Source: Sphagnum compactum
Taxonomy: Eukaryota
Direction of reading: 5' to 3'
Assembly (NCBI GenBank): GCA_965153455.1
Contig: OZ234494.1
Location: forward strand, 8,494,001-8,558,000
DNA: 64,000 nucleotides
Shown here: positions 14,116 through 27,070 of the stretch, one piece after another
Layout of the letters: every line of letters begins with the position of its first letter
Numbering within the stretch: the first letter of the stretch is position 1
Notes under the pieces: model-generated
What the model was told of the DNA's origin: nothing
Database searches by the model: none
What the model saw: only the letters and a program-made list of their open reading frames with translations
Program-made: the position numbers and the translations under genes

Positions 14116-17100
14116 AATTGAAGAAGAGAATCCAAACTAAAGAGATTGTTCTTCTCTAACAAAAGAAAGAAAAAAACCACACCATAACAAAAAAAAAAAT
14201 TCACAAAATAGGTTGCAAGAGTGAAGGAGGAGGAAAAAATAATGAATTAACATAACCTATTCCTTGCAACCCATGATACTTTCTTACTAAGTTTGGGTTG
14301 TTGAAAGGGATGATGAAGTTGTAGTGATTTGTTCTATCCCATTTGGTTAGCAGGTTGTCCAAAACAGGCCCTAAAGCTTGATGGTAGAAATGTTATTGCA
14401 ATTACTACCACATCTCAATAACTTATTTTCCAGCCCCTTCCCCACTCTCTTTATTTCGTTTTCATTCCTTTTTTTCTTTCCATTCTCTCCTCCTTGCTTA
14501 TCATAAACCTACATGTGCATCCAACAAGTACAATACTAAACCATTTATTCACAAATTTTTCCTACAAAATCTAAAATAAATAAGTAGCTTGCACAATTTG
14601 TCACATTGCTGCAAGCTATGAAGGACTTGAAATTAGCGTTTGATGAGATGCATTGCACTAAGTTGCATGACATTTTTTGCCTTGTATCTTATTTATGTGC
14701 ATTTACACATTTGTGAAAAACACTTTTGATGCATCTTTTGCTATTATAATGTTTCATTTGTTTAAAAACATGTCCAGGTGTTGTGGCATAACCTACTTGT
14801 GCTCATCAAGCTCCCCATCCCATCACTTAGAGATTTTTCCTTTTTGACCTACCCTCTATGACCTAACTTTTGATCCTTCAACTCTTGCATTTTAGGGTTT
14901 TTCCAGCTTAACACTTCAAAATTTTGACTTTCTTCTTCAAATTTTTGACCCAAATAACACAAGACAAATTGAGGTGCTAAAAAATCTAACACTTTTATAC
15001 TTCCTAAAAAATTTCTTTTTTTTCTTTTGATTTTAGCTTGTCATTTTTGGAAGTGAATACCATAAATTTATAATTGTTGTTTGATATTGAATAAAATTTC
15101 CAAAAATTCACTTCGAAAAAATAAAAATAAAAAATTGGGGTTGGCATGCTCAAATTTATTGACATTTGAATTGGACCAACCTTAAACATCAATCTTGCAA
15201 TCCTTGCCACTAAATTACCAACTTAAACATGAATACATATGTTGTACCTTGTATATTTATTTTAGATTTTCTAAAATTTAAAATAGTTAAACTAGTGTTT
15301 CCACACCCATAATTAATTCAATAGTTGACATGTATTTCAAAACAGAATGCCTTTCAATGGCATGCATGGCATATCTTAAGCTAACCATGTTCACATTGAT
15401 GTCCATTCATTCACCTTTGTTGAATGGCCATTGTTGTTGATGTGGCATGCCATGAAACATCCCCATCAAACATAGCCAAATTTTACACCCATATATTATA
15501 TGTTTGAAATTACATAGACACATCTAGATTCCGCAAATATTTTGCTTGGTAAACTTTGTAGATATAATCTAAATGCAATTAGTTTCATAAAAAGCAAGTT
15601 GCTTGGACAAATGTACTTATTACAACATAATGCATATTTGCTTTAGTGATGTTGATTGAGAAGAATTGGAACCAATGGGGTGATATCCGTGAAATAACAT
15701 TTTTCTTTCAACTTATTTAAATGCTTTAATGAAATCCTCATTACAAATGTAAAATAAAATAACAAAATTTTGGAATAATTTTTGGATTGAAGTATTTTAT
15801 TAGTTATATGTGGGCCCATCTTGGGCAAATATGGCCTTTTAGAAAAAATGGTCAATCAAATTCCAACATGCAAAATCATTGCAAACCCAAAGCCCCATAT
15901 CATTATACATATTCGCCATTTATATGGTTGTAATCTAGTAACAATAGTGGTGAGTTTACAACTTTAATATTAACATCAACATGGGTATGTTAGGATGGAA
16001 ACCATCATATGCCAATGCAAATGCCACACTTCAATTGAGAAAATATTTAAGCAAGTTTGTTTTGCAAATAAATTCAACTTTTGCATGAAGGTTTAAATAC
16101 ATAAATAATACATGTATAGTTGCACGAAGGCAACTATACATAATATCCATTCCCTTGCACATCAATTGAAGCTATCTAATAAAGATCAATGCCATAATCC
16201 AATCTAATGTCCCTATGTATTCCATTTATGTGTGTAGCATTTGTTGATTGCAAGGCACAATATTGACATTGAACATGTTTTTACCAAATCAAGCCCAAGA
16301 AAGTAAAGTACCCAACATAGTCCATGAAAATGAACATGTGAAGGAATATGGTGATTGCACACATAATATATTGTCCCAAAACTAACATTTTGACAATTTT
16401 TACCAAATTAATAATTAAAATTTCCAACAAAAGGGGTTGGACAACCCCACTTTTAATTTTTCAAAATTTTGCTCATTAAGGTTAAGTACAAGAGGTGCAC
16501 ATGTTATTCACGATACACAATGGTAGACATGTTATTTACAAGATACATGGAACGGAGACCAGTGGCAGGGACAATCCTTTGCTTGAAGCAGGTCAATCCC
16601 CAACCAACCCCAATGTGGACCCCAAGTCCTATCAGGTGGACATATGGGATTTATACAATCATGAAATCCTATGATTAGCTTTGTATGCATCAAAGATGTT
16701 GTAAGTATATTAGACATTATCTACTTCCTTTATGAAATCTGAAACTTTACAACAAAGGTGCATGAGGAAAAAAATAGGTGTGTAAGTTATATGAAGTTCC
16801 TATTAACATTCACAATTTTGATCTTCAAAAGGTGTGTTTCGTATGCAAGAAATGAAATAACTACACAACACACAAGAATTGCTCAAGCAAAAAGTTTTGA
16901 TGTTGTTTGGTAATCAAAATATTGGTGTTGAAGTAAATCTCTTTTTGTAAAAATGCTATACATGAAGTTCTTAATCGAGTAGAACTTGGGGGGGGGAGGG
17001 AGGGGTGATTGAAGATTCCATAACAAAATTGTATGCCACAATCCTCAATTATAAGAAGAGTCATGAATGTTGTTCTATACAGAAAGCTCCACCCATAATA

Positions 17101-17545
17101 TGAAAAACTTTATACATAGACAACAAAGGTATCCCCTCATGATCCTAATATTTTATGAAAATGGAAGACTTATGAAATACATGGTTGGGAAAATACACAT
17201 GTGTTCTATGCAAGGCAATCACTTATCTATGCCCATATTCTTCATTAAATGAAGCATTGTCATAATAAGATCTTGCAAATCTTCTGAATTGATACTCAGT
17301 TTCATTAAACCATACTCAAATTTGTTTACTTTCTAGTTACACTCCAAGTGGGGATGAAACATGGATTAGAAGGTCAAACTAGGGTCCAAACACAAGAGGA
17401 CTTTACAGAACACTCTAATATTGGGAGGTTAACCAGAGTTGGCCCCAGTTGACAACCGGTTCTTGTTTTGGTTATAAGTTATTGCAATTGACCAAAACTA
17501 AAATTTGAATCCCAACCTGAACTTGAAGTGTATCTAGAGAAGTAG

Positions 17546-17862
17546 TTTGTTGGCCTTGCCTACCAAGGCAAGGATATTGTGTTCAGATTCATTATAGAGT
17601 ATAGTAGCTTAATGGATTTTGGCCCCTAGGTAATAGGTCTCTTTTCATATAAGGATTTTGGAAAGATGATGTTTTGGCTTGTGTTGAAACTTGAGATTAG
17701 TTATCGAGTTATAATATCTTGAAGGATTTTGGTTTCTTTTGGAGGATTTTTTGAAGATTATATTTTTGCATGGTGAAATATTTGAGTTTTTCCATAATCC
17801 TTCTTTTGCCTTAAGATACTTTTTAATGTAAATGGCAAGGCCACAGTGTGACACGCCCCTTG
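17546..17862 (+). mobile_element. Non-autonomous Helentron/Helitron2-like (HINE) element, copy A
   Basis: 5' TTTGTT-GGCCTTGCC-tacca-AGGCAAGG (subTIR plus adjacent inverted copy); 3' GGCAAGGCC-aca-GTGTGACAC(G)C-CCCTTG. Matches three other copies in the window. Confidence 0.7.
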
Positions 17863-18492
17863 TAAGTGTCAAACCCAAATTGGAATTGGGAGAGCCGAAA
17901 TCAGCCCTAAATCAACTTTCAGCTTTAAAACTAACCTTTGTGAGTATTGATGGATTTTAATTATGCCTAAACAACTTTAATGTAACTTTAAACATTCCTA
18001 AAAGTCTTAATCAAATAATAATAGTTAATTGATACTTGAGTGAAAACGTCAAAATCATTTATCAAATAATCAACAACTTGTGGTTGTTTCCAATGTTGGG
18101 CAGGTATGAAAAATTGCACCAAATACCTATCAGGTATCAGAGTTGATAATCATGGTTATCAAAAATTCAAATACCCAATTCTAATAGAGAATCATGAATA
18201 TCAAAAAATGAAATACCTGTTTCTTATATAAGCATGGTTCTCAAGTGGGTTTAATTTTTAAAAAGCCAAATCACCACCCAAAACTACCAATTCTTTGCCG
18301 GTCCTTTTTTGAAATAACAGAGCTGGAGGTTCTTTGATATTCATTTGCCCACAAATACCCAGAACCGGCGGGTCTTAGATTATTATTATTTATTATTATT
18401 TTCCCCCCAAATATCTGAACCTAGCAGTTCTTTGATTCCAATTTTTTTCATATGCCCGGAACTGGCAGTAATAAAAAAAAAAACCCACCAAA

Positions 18493-18785
18493 CACTGGTT
18501 TTTCCCTAGCAAATTTTTTTGCCAAAAGGGGATTTTTTAAAAAAGAAGGCAAAATGAGTGTTTTTTTTGGGTCTTATAGTTGCCAAATTTTTTTTAAAAA
18601 ATCTTTAAAAGTTTGCCAGATTTTCTGTGTTAAGTTCCAGCAGGTAGTACAAATATAGAAGGATGCTTAAATATATTTTATTTTCGTATTTTGTTTATAG
18701 CCAGATTTGACCAAGCCGTCTTATGGATGATTGCCATTTAAATAACATCACAAAATTAGGCAAAAAGAAGATAAAAAGGGCACTG
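18493..18785. mobile_element. Short dispersed repeat/MITE family; related pieces at ~20560-20775 (reverse), ~21480-21660 and ~45650-45885
   Basis: Shared core CCAGATTTTCT...GTTCCAGxAGGTAG...AAATATAGAAGGATGCTTAAA...TTTCATAT...ACATCACAAAATT is seen in several places. Copy ends in CACTG. Confidence 0.55.
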
Positions 18786-18968
18786 CCCAGAACTACAGAC
18801 CAAGAAAAGTTTTCAGACAGAAAAAAAAGAAAAAAGCAGCTAGGCTACTATTTTGAGACCCTGCCCGAACCAGCACCTACACTGGTACCATGGTAAAAAT
18901 GCCCCCAAAAAATTTAAGTTTGCTTTCAACCATGGTAAAAGGCCTCACTCAAGAAGGTGAACCATGAA

Positions 18969-18988
18969 GGTTTAGGGTTTAGGGTTTA
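18969..18988 (+). repeat. Interstitial telomeric repeat (TTTAGGG)n
   Basis: GGTTTAGGGTTTAGGGTTTA. Confidence 0.8.
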
Positions 18989-18997
18989 CCCATGTAG

Positions 18998-19286
18998 GGG
19001 CCAGGGTGAACCGGTACCCACATTGGTACCTTCACCTTTTTTGAGTGAGGCCTTCTATAAAGTGGCCATATTAAGCAGAAAAAAATGTTAGATTTGAACT
19101 TAGAGACCCTAATGTAGACCAATCATGGAATATATATTTGTAATATTTTAGAAAAAAATTTAAATGGATTTTAGATGTATATTTATGGATGAGAGACAAT
19201 CCCATGAGGGGTTTATTTATGGATTTAGATTTAGATTTAGATATTTTACCATGGTACCAACTTTGGGTGCTGGTTCACCCAAGGCC
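18998..19286. mobile_element. MITE with ~33-bp TIRs and 3-bp TSD (PIF/Harbinger, Tourist-like)
   Basis: TIRs GGGCCAGGGTGAACCGGTACCCACATTGGTACC / GGTACCAACTTTGGGTGCTGGTTCACCCAAGGCC, with TAG on both sides (18995-18997 and 19287-19289). Confidence 0.75.
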
Positions 19287-19371
19287 TAGTCTAGTGTAGG
19301 TGCTGGCTGGTTCGTTCACCCTGTCCCTATTCCCAGGCCACAGTCAGCACAAGTCAGGACATACCAATGGG

Positions 19372-19401
19372 TAGGGTTTAGGGTTTAGGGTTTAACCCTA
19401 A
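19372..19401. repeat. Interstitial telomeric repeats with an inverted junction
   Basis: TAGGGTTTAGGGTTTAGGGTTT followed directly by AACCCTAA. Confidence 0.8.
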
Positions 19402-19628
19402 CTTGTGGAAAAACTAAATGCTAGTAGGAGCCAGCCAGCCTCCTTCCTATCCACAGGAAATCAGTTCAGGCCATTAGAAGCCTGCCACATCACCAATTAT
19501 AAACAAGACCTTCCTTCAGTGACACTTGGGTACTCCTGGGGGGTGATGGGCATGAGTCACTCCTCCTATATGACTCACTACTAGAGAGTGTTGTGAAGTC
19601 ATCCATCCATCCATCCATCCATAAACAA

Positions 19629-19968
19629 CAAGGGGGTGTGTCACACTGTGACCTTGCCATTTGCATTTAAAAAGTATCTTAAGGCAAAAAGAAGAAGAAT
19701 TATGGAAAAACTCAAATATTTCACCATTACAAAAAATATATATTAATCTTCAAAAAAATTGTCTGAAAGAAACCAAAATCCCTTCAAGATATTACAACTC
19801 TAAAATAACTAATCTCAAGCCAAAATAAATATCATCTTTCAAAAATCCTCATACAAAAATAGACCTATTATGACCCTAGTAGGGGCCAAAATCCCTTAAG
19901 CTACAATATACACTCTAGATTGAATCTAAACAACAATTTCCTTGCCTCGGTAAGCATAGGCCAATAAA
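19629..19968 (-). mobile_element. HINE-like element, copy B
   Basis: Reverse-orientation match to copy A along its full length, including both structured ends. Confidence 0.7.
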
Positions 19969-20965
19969 CAAACCCCTCATGGATGGATTTGTCTCTCATC
20001 CATAAAAACCCAACTTTACAGTGAACTGAGGATATTTTCTCATCCTCTTGTCCCGCACACACGAGCATTTGAAGTGGGTACCTACCTATTTTTGACAACA
20101 CCAGTTTGGTCCATTGATAAAATTGTTTTTATCCATTGTACTGTTTTCGTCCCCACTTTTCATTTCATCCCTAGTTTGGCGAAATTGGGGGCCCTGGACA
20201 CTTTGGTGGGTACTTAGAGAACTAAATTTGAGCTCCTCTTGCAGTGACCATCAACTCTTTTTTTTCTTCTTATGTTTTCATATGGTTTTCAATAATTCAT
20301 CATTATTTACATCAATGTCACTTTTAATTTAAATTAATATACATTTATTTCATGGATATGAAAAAACACCTGTTAATTCGTTTTTTTTATATCCATGTCG
20401 GTGGAGAGGGCAAAAGAGTGAGGTAGTTATAAAATGGAGATAGTTATTAGGAAAGGTGGGAGATAATTATTAAGAAAGTTAATAGGAAAAAGAAATAGTT
20501 ACTAAGAAACAAATGAAGAAGTTAGGCTTGAAAATGAGTTAGTGATTTTTAAAATTGTCTTTGGCATTGGTTCATGGATGAAAAAAAAATATGAAAGTCA
20601 AAATTTAAAAGCATCCTTCCAATACTTTTGGTTACCTATTGGAACTTAATATAGAACTAGGCAATGAAAATGATTATTGGGTACCAAAACCCCAAAAGTT
20701 TAATATTTTAGTCACTTTGAAAGAAAAAAATTGTTGAGGAAAATTTGCCAAGGGAAAAATAATAATAAAATCGTGGTGTAATGGTGACTTTATCCCTACA
20801 CCTTATGGCAACTTTATAGGTTTATACCAAGTTGAAATAGGAAAAGGCTCCATGAAGTTCCTTATTAATGAAGATAGTGAACATTCCAAAATTTAAAGTC
20901 TACTGGAGGGCACCTTAATAACCCTCCTAGCCTGGAAAAGAGGAGGGATATTACATGTTACAGCC

Positions 20966-21048
20966 ACTCCTTACAAGAGGTAGGGATCTTACACCTATTG
21001 TAATTACACTTACTCCTAGGTGTAAGATCCCTCTCGCTCTTAAGGAGT
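20966..21048. repeat. Inverted repeat / stem-loop
   Basis: AGGGATCTTACACCTA (20982-20997) pairs perfectly with TAGGTGTAAGATCCCT (21017-21032); outer pair ACTCCTTA/TAAGGAGT. Confidence 0.8.
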
Positions 21049-22258
21049 ACATTGACGAACCCTCCACCTCATAGGTACTCCTCACAATCTATATATGTTT
21101 AGTTTCACCTCATGCTTTACGATGAACTAAAGTCCATGGGTGGGGGGGGGGGGACATCCCCAACATGTGGGGCTAGACTTGGCTACCACCTTGTCGTAGG
21201 CCCCCTTATTGTGAGACGCCCCGCACCTTGGGCCTTTATCAAAAAACATTTTTTTGGTTCTCATTATTCATCTACGCCACTTAACTCACATACCACTACA
21301 GAAAATGGTGGATGATTCTGCCAGGTTCACCTTTTCTAGTGACCACTTCCGTGGCATAATTGGCCACTAATAGTGCATTCAACTAGAATAAAGAAAGATA
21401 TTCACGCAAGGGTGTATGTTAACATGGGTCCACCCATTGAATGCAAGGCTCTCATTTTCAAAAAATAAATAGTCTGTCACAAATTCCCTATTAAAAAAAA
21501 ATTCTCCAAAAATGAAAAAATTGCAAAAAAATCATCACAATTGCCTACAATATGAAAGGGTGCGTCAGATTTAATACTTTCATATTTTGGATATCATCAA
21601 TTTTGGCTAAATATATTTATGGACTATCGTCACTTGAGCAACATCACAAAATTGAAAATAAATAAATAATGTTATAACATTCCTAACCCTATTTCCATCA
21701 TAGTAGTCACCTTATGATGACCAGTCTTGCAAGCACTGGTCTTGTTGGTTGTGTGCAAGGGGGAAAAACTTTGAATACAAAAGAAACTTTGTGCATCAGT
21801 GTAAGGTGTGAGATGATTCTCAATTTTGAGTTTCAATTGGGAATCCATTTTGGGTGATAGTTAAACACCTAGCTCTATTTTTAAAATTTTAGTCAATTCA
21901 TTTTGTATCCAAACAACTAACCATGTTACATGGTTCCATCACCTATTTAGTTTCAACATGCCATGAAGAACAAAACCATTACACAATGAGTCGCTTCTTG
22001 TTTTTCAATAAGGGGTTTTGTTGGATCACATATCATAGTGCCCATGTTTGTAATGTTTTCATCAAGGTGATGATTTTGGCAAACAATCTTACCAAAATAC
22101 AATTTTGCCCATATTAACACCATGAACATAGTACTTGAAGCACAAACTAAAGATTAATCATGCCTTTTTAATAATGGAATCCACTTTATTACAATTGAAT
22201 GTGGATGCCCAAGGTTAATCAAAATTTTGTTCACCACTATAAGAATTCCCAAATCACT

Positions 22259-22381
22259 TTGACAAGGGATGAAGTTATTCTCATTATTTTCACATCTTTA
22301 GCAAGTTCACAACACATTTTTGACAAGGGACAAAGTTATCCTCATTACATTCACTTCTTTAGCAGGTTCACAACACATTTT
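22259..22381. repeat. Two-copy ~60-bp tandem duplication
   Basis: TTTGACAAGGGA..AAGTTAT.CTCATTA..TTCAC.TCTTTAGCA.GTTCACAACACATTTT occurs twice. Confidence 0.8.
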
Positions 22382-25300
22382 CTTGTACAAATTATTGAAA
22401 AAAAATGGAATATTTAAACCATACTAAAATATTTCAAGATGGTATTTACTTTGGGATAGGTAAACCACTTGATCTTGTTGAACATTGAGTATTTTTATGT
22501 TGACTCAAACACAATTCAATTGTTTCTAAAGTCATCATCCATTTTTTGATATATTGTTGATATTTAATTTTGTAAAATCAAATCATTGTATATTGAAATA
22601 AGATCAATAACATATAATTTATGATCACAAAGTAAGAACCATGATCTATTTTGAAGTGTACACTATGATCAACATAAAATTCCCTAGGTTAATCGATTAA
22701 TGAATACAATTCATCTGCATGGTTCCATATATAAGGATTACATCTCATACCCAATGTTCTTTTGGTGTAAAGTTTCACACTTGCTCATCCTAGAAAAATT
22801 GCATGCAAATTGTACAAAGGAAAAAGGCGGGAAAAAGGTCCAATTGGCAACAATCAATGCTTATGAAAAATTTGTCACATTTTTTAGGGCATAATTATGT
22901 TCCCATTAACATGTGCATATAAAAGTGGGGTTTCGGCTATTAGGTGCCCCTTTCGATTTGCGTCATTGTCTTGCTCTTCTAGCATTCAATCATGTTCACC
23001 ATTATTTTTTTGTTGTGTACTTGTGAACATTAAGTTGTTATTACAAATATTTGCAAAGGGTGGGTTGGGGGGGTTGGGATTGTGAAGTGATGAAGGTATG
23101 AAGTTTACATGCAATTTAAGGAACATTGAAGATTTTTCAATTTGAAGTTTAATTAACAATGATATTATGCAATGAACAATCTAATTGTCATTGTGAAGAA
23201 TTTTCTTCACAAAAGATACAAAACAATTGTAACCTTTTTATTAAAGTTTTGACATTGTAATCTTTTTACATATTCAAACAAAATTGTGTTTTGTATGTTG
23301 GTTCCATGGTCGTTTTCCTAAGTTTTCCCAAGCCTATCATTGTCATTGTTTGCAAACATGGGAGGTTTTGAAAAGTGAACATGTTGCCATATAACCAAAG
23401 AAGATGAATGAATGGGAAATTAATAATGTGTACCAAGGTGTTTGAGCTTCTCACTTTTGTTGGTCAAAACCTATACAATGGCAAATGGGTGGTTGAAAAT
23501 GGTGCATTACAAAATGTGCACTAAGATTGAAGGTTTAGGGAAAAGCTTATTGTTTAAACGCTTGATTCATTGATCAAGCATTCATGTTGGAAGAAGGTGA
23601 AAAAACAATGTTTGGACATGTTGGAGGTGCATGTTACTTAAACTTTGATGATGCCAATGTGAAATATTTATGGGTTTATCAAGGAGGACAACATTGTAAA
23701 ATAAGTGTAGTGAATTGAGATTGAACTAAGAAGAAGAAGAAATATGTGCAATTATTAGCCATTTGACAATTTTTTTTTGGAATATGTAATCATTGATTTT
23801 GAAATTGTGCATGGTCTATTTTTGTGTCCTTTTTAAAGTTTTCTATATACCTTAAATTTTATTTGTGAACTTTAAATTGAATGGGTCGATTGTCCTTTTT
23901 GCTAATTATTGCTTTGAATGAGTTGAATGTAAGCATAGTCTTTTTATGCATGTACATCATTTTTTGATGTGTTGTATCACAATGACATTGATGGTGTTCA
24001 ACATGCACTACAACTATGAACAAAAAACTACCACTATTGTTTTCATGCTTCCAAGTCATTAATTTTTTTGTTTTATATATGTCCACCTTCCATTATATTC
24101 CAAAAGGGGGACATTTGGGGTTCAACTCCCCTATAAAGTCCTTGGATTAAAGTGGTAAACATTGTAGTAGATTAACAACATAGTCACCATTTGCATTTAT
24201 ATTAAATGTAAGTAGTTGCAAAAAATTTAGAACATGATTTTTCATTTATATTTGCAACTTACATATGTGGCAAAGAAAGTTGCAACATGTCACAAAGGGC
24301 ATCTACCACTTGGATAGTCAATTCATTAATGACAAAAAATTGATTTTTTTCTCATGCCATCTAAGAAATAATTAACCTACCCATAATTATATTTTTTTAC
24401 ATAAAAAAAAACTTTTTAATGTCAATGCATACCAATATTTGTAGTCAAAGTCAATCAAACATTAATTTCTATGAATACCCATTTGACACACTTCAAACTC
24501 CTCAACTATAACAAATTTGAAAATTGTATTAATATAGATTTGGAACAAAGGAATCCATATCTTCCATTAATCAACATTTTCAATGTTGCCACCAAATGAC
24601 CTTAATATCTTGTCACAAACTTGTTTACATTATATATTTAGCTTGCACATATGTTAGGTAATATAATTATTTGTGTCTAAATAGGGAGAAAGCAAGATAA
24701 GCAAATTAAAAATGTAGCAAGCTAAATAACATACTACAAACTAAATTGGTAGCACCCAAAATGTAATAAGATGGGATGCACCAAATCAAGCTCCAACAAG
24801 CTAAACCTTTTGACAAACCAATGATTAACCAAATCAATAGTGACAATTTAGTTATAGATAATTAAAGTTTCATGTTAAAACTTGATAATGGTTGTAGTCA
24901 TTACACAAAGAGTTTAAATAACACATATGAGGGCTCTTTAAGGGTTTCTCTTTTGGACATTTACAAGATTTAGTGTTCCACTCTTGTAACACAAATCTTA
25001 GCAATGCAACTACAATTTTAAAAAATATGTGTGCATGTGTTGGTTGTTCTTACAAGTCATGACTCATGAGAGTATTATGTGACATTTGTATGTGTGGTAC
25101 CAAGGGACAAAGGTGCTTAAGGCATTTGTGAAGTTACAATGCGGTATTGAAATAAAACAAAGTATCACAAAGGGTGTTCGACAGACCAAAATTTTAGTTA
25201 ATCATGTACATGTACTTAAGTTGATGATAGGATAAATAATCCAAAGACGTACTATCACAAGTAATGAATGTGCAAATTAATATAACTAACAACATCCAAT

Positions 25301-25899
25301 TGCAACTAGTTAAATATTGCAAGTTGCAATAAATTAAAGTGGAAGTAGGAGGTTAATAAGAACCCAAGTCTTATTATAGGGAAACCATTAAAATTCAGAT
25401 CCAACAAATCCTAAGAGGATTGATCAATTATGTGTTTCCATGCTCGACATAATGGTATATGACCATCTATATGTATCAACTTGACATCCAATTTTGTCCA
25501 AGAACATTTGTTTATAGAAAATGATTGTGATAATTTATGTTATGGACATACATATCAAGAAACTCATAACGTTGTTTTTAGTCAAATCCATGGCCTTGAC
25601 AAATAAACTTTTTGATGTGAATATTGAACTATGCATGGGGATGTGTCCAACTTATACTTGATGAAACATATCACTTTCATTGATTATGGTGTTACAAATT
25701 GTATAACAAGCTTGAGCAACACTAGCCTCCCTACATAAATTGCCATCACAATTAATTGAACAATGAAGTTGTTTGAATTAGTATATCTCAACCAATAATG
25801 ATTGGTTTTGAATTTTGTTTTGAATGCTTATTTAATTAATTGACTATTAACAACAAAATTTTCATCATTACGGAAATGGAAAATAAAATTTCAATTCAT

Positions 25900-27070
25900 T
25901 TTTGGGGCAAAAACTAACAAATGAAACACAATGGCACCTTCTTTGAAAATTAAAACTATTGTTGTCATTAAGAAAAACAAAGTGTATTGTAATGGTTGAA
26001 AAGAGGAGATTCATTGATTTCTTATTTTAGTGCAACATTAGATATTAATGAAAAACTCCCTAAGATGAGTCATAGGGAGCAAATTTTCCTTGTAAAGTCC
26101 TATAATTTATAAGAATTTTCTCATTTGAAGCTATAAGACAAAGGGGAGATGACATATGTTCAATGCTCAATATCATTGAAAATATCACAATGAAATATTT
26201 CCATTTCATGTTTCAAATTCAATGGATGTTTGGTAGATTCATTTTGCAATTAAAAACTTTTCACATTTCAAAGGGAAACATTATTATGTAGTTGAGAGCT
26301 TGTTGCATGTTGCAAAGTTTTACCAAAGACAACAATTAATCTTGATATTATAGGAAAATGCATTGTGCTAGAATTGTCAAAAAAATAAATTCAAAAACAT
26401 TAAAAATGTGTCTTATGTTTTAAGTTCGACAAAAACATATATTGTTATGAATCCATCATTTGAGTTTGTGTCCAAGTTTGAATTTAACACTAATCCATTT
26501 TCGTTGAAATCTACTATACAAATTTGTAAAGTAACTAAATGTGTGCTGCTAAATGTGTGTTTTTGTGCAACTTTCTAGCTTTTAAAGGTGGTGAAATAAG
26601 GTTATTACTGATGATGTTCAAAATGGAAGGTTATACAAATTAATTGGTGTTGTTGAGGATCCTTATGCAAATTTTAACAGTCATAATGTTTTTTAAACAT
26701 GATAGTTGGGATGTATGTGTTTTTCACAAGTGCTGTAAGTAGTCAAAAAAAATCTTTGTAGCCATGGTGGCAAAGTTTGTTGATAAGGGGCTCCCCTTTT
26801 CCCAAGCAAACATGCACTTGAAAAAATACATGAATGTTTATCACAAAGGATTTGAAGTGAACGAATGAACAGTTCCTACATGTTTGGCCACCATGTTTGG
26901 GCAAGTGTGGTCTATACATAGGAACATCTTTGTCCCCTATTAGAGACCTACCAATGTGGGTGTTAATCACCCAAATGATATGGGATCAACTTTTATTTCA
27001 TAATATGATCGAAGCAATTTTTAAAAATAGATGGCTAATTTGATGCCTAGAAATTGGATTGAATTGTTGT
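25900..27070 (+). pseudogene. Very degenerate Ty1/Copia gag-protease-integrase remnant
   Basis: Order of motifs: decayed zinc-knuckle-like KHYYVVESLLHVAKF (~26275), NGRLYKLIG (~26620, gag-pre-integrase) and a decayed IHxDIWG-like segment (~26965). Confidence 0.35.

Larger units (their letters stand above)
18857..19328. mobile_element. Outer, older copy of the GAACCAGCACC MITE family, interrupted by telomeric repeats and a nested family member
   Basis: Left end GAACCAGCACCTACACTGGTACCATGGTAAAA; right end GTGTAGGTGCTGG..GTTCACCCTG. The internal CCTCACTCAAGAAGGTGAA matches the family core. Confidence 0.55.
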
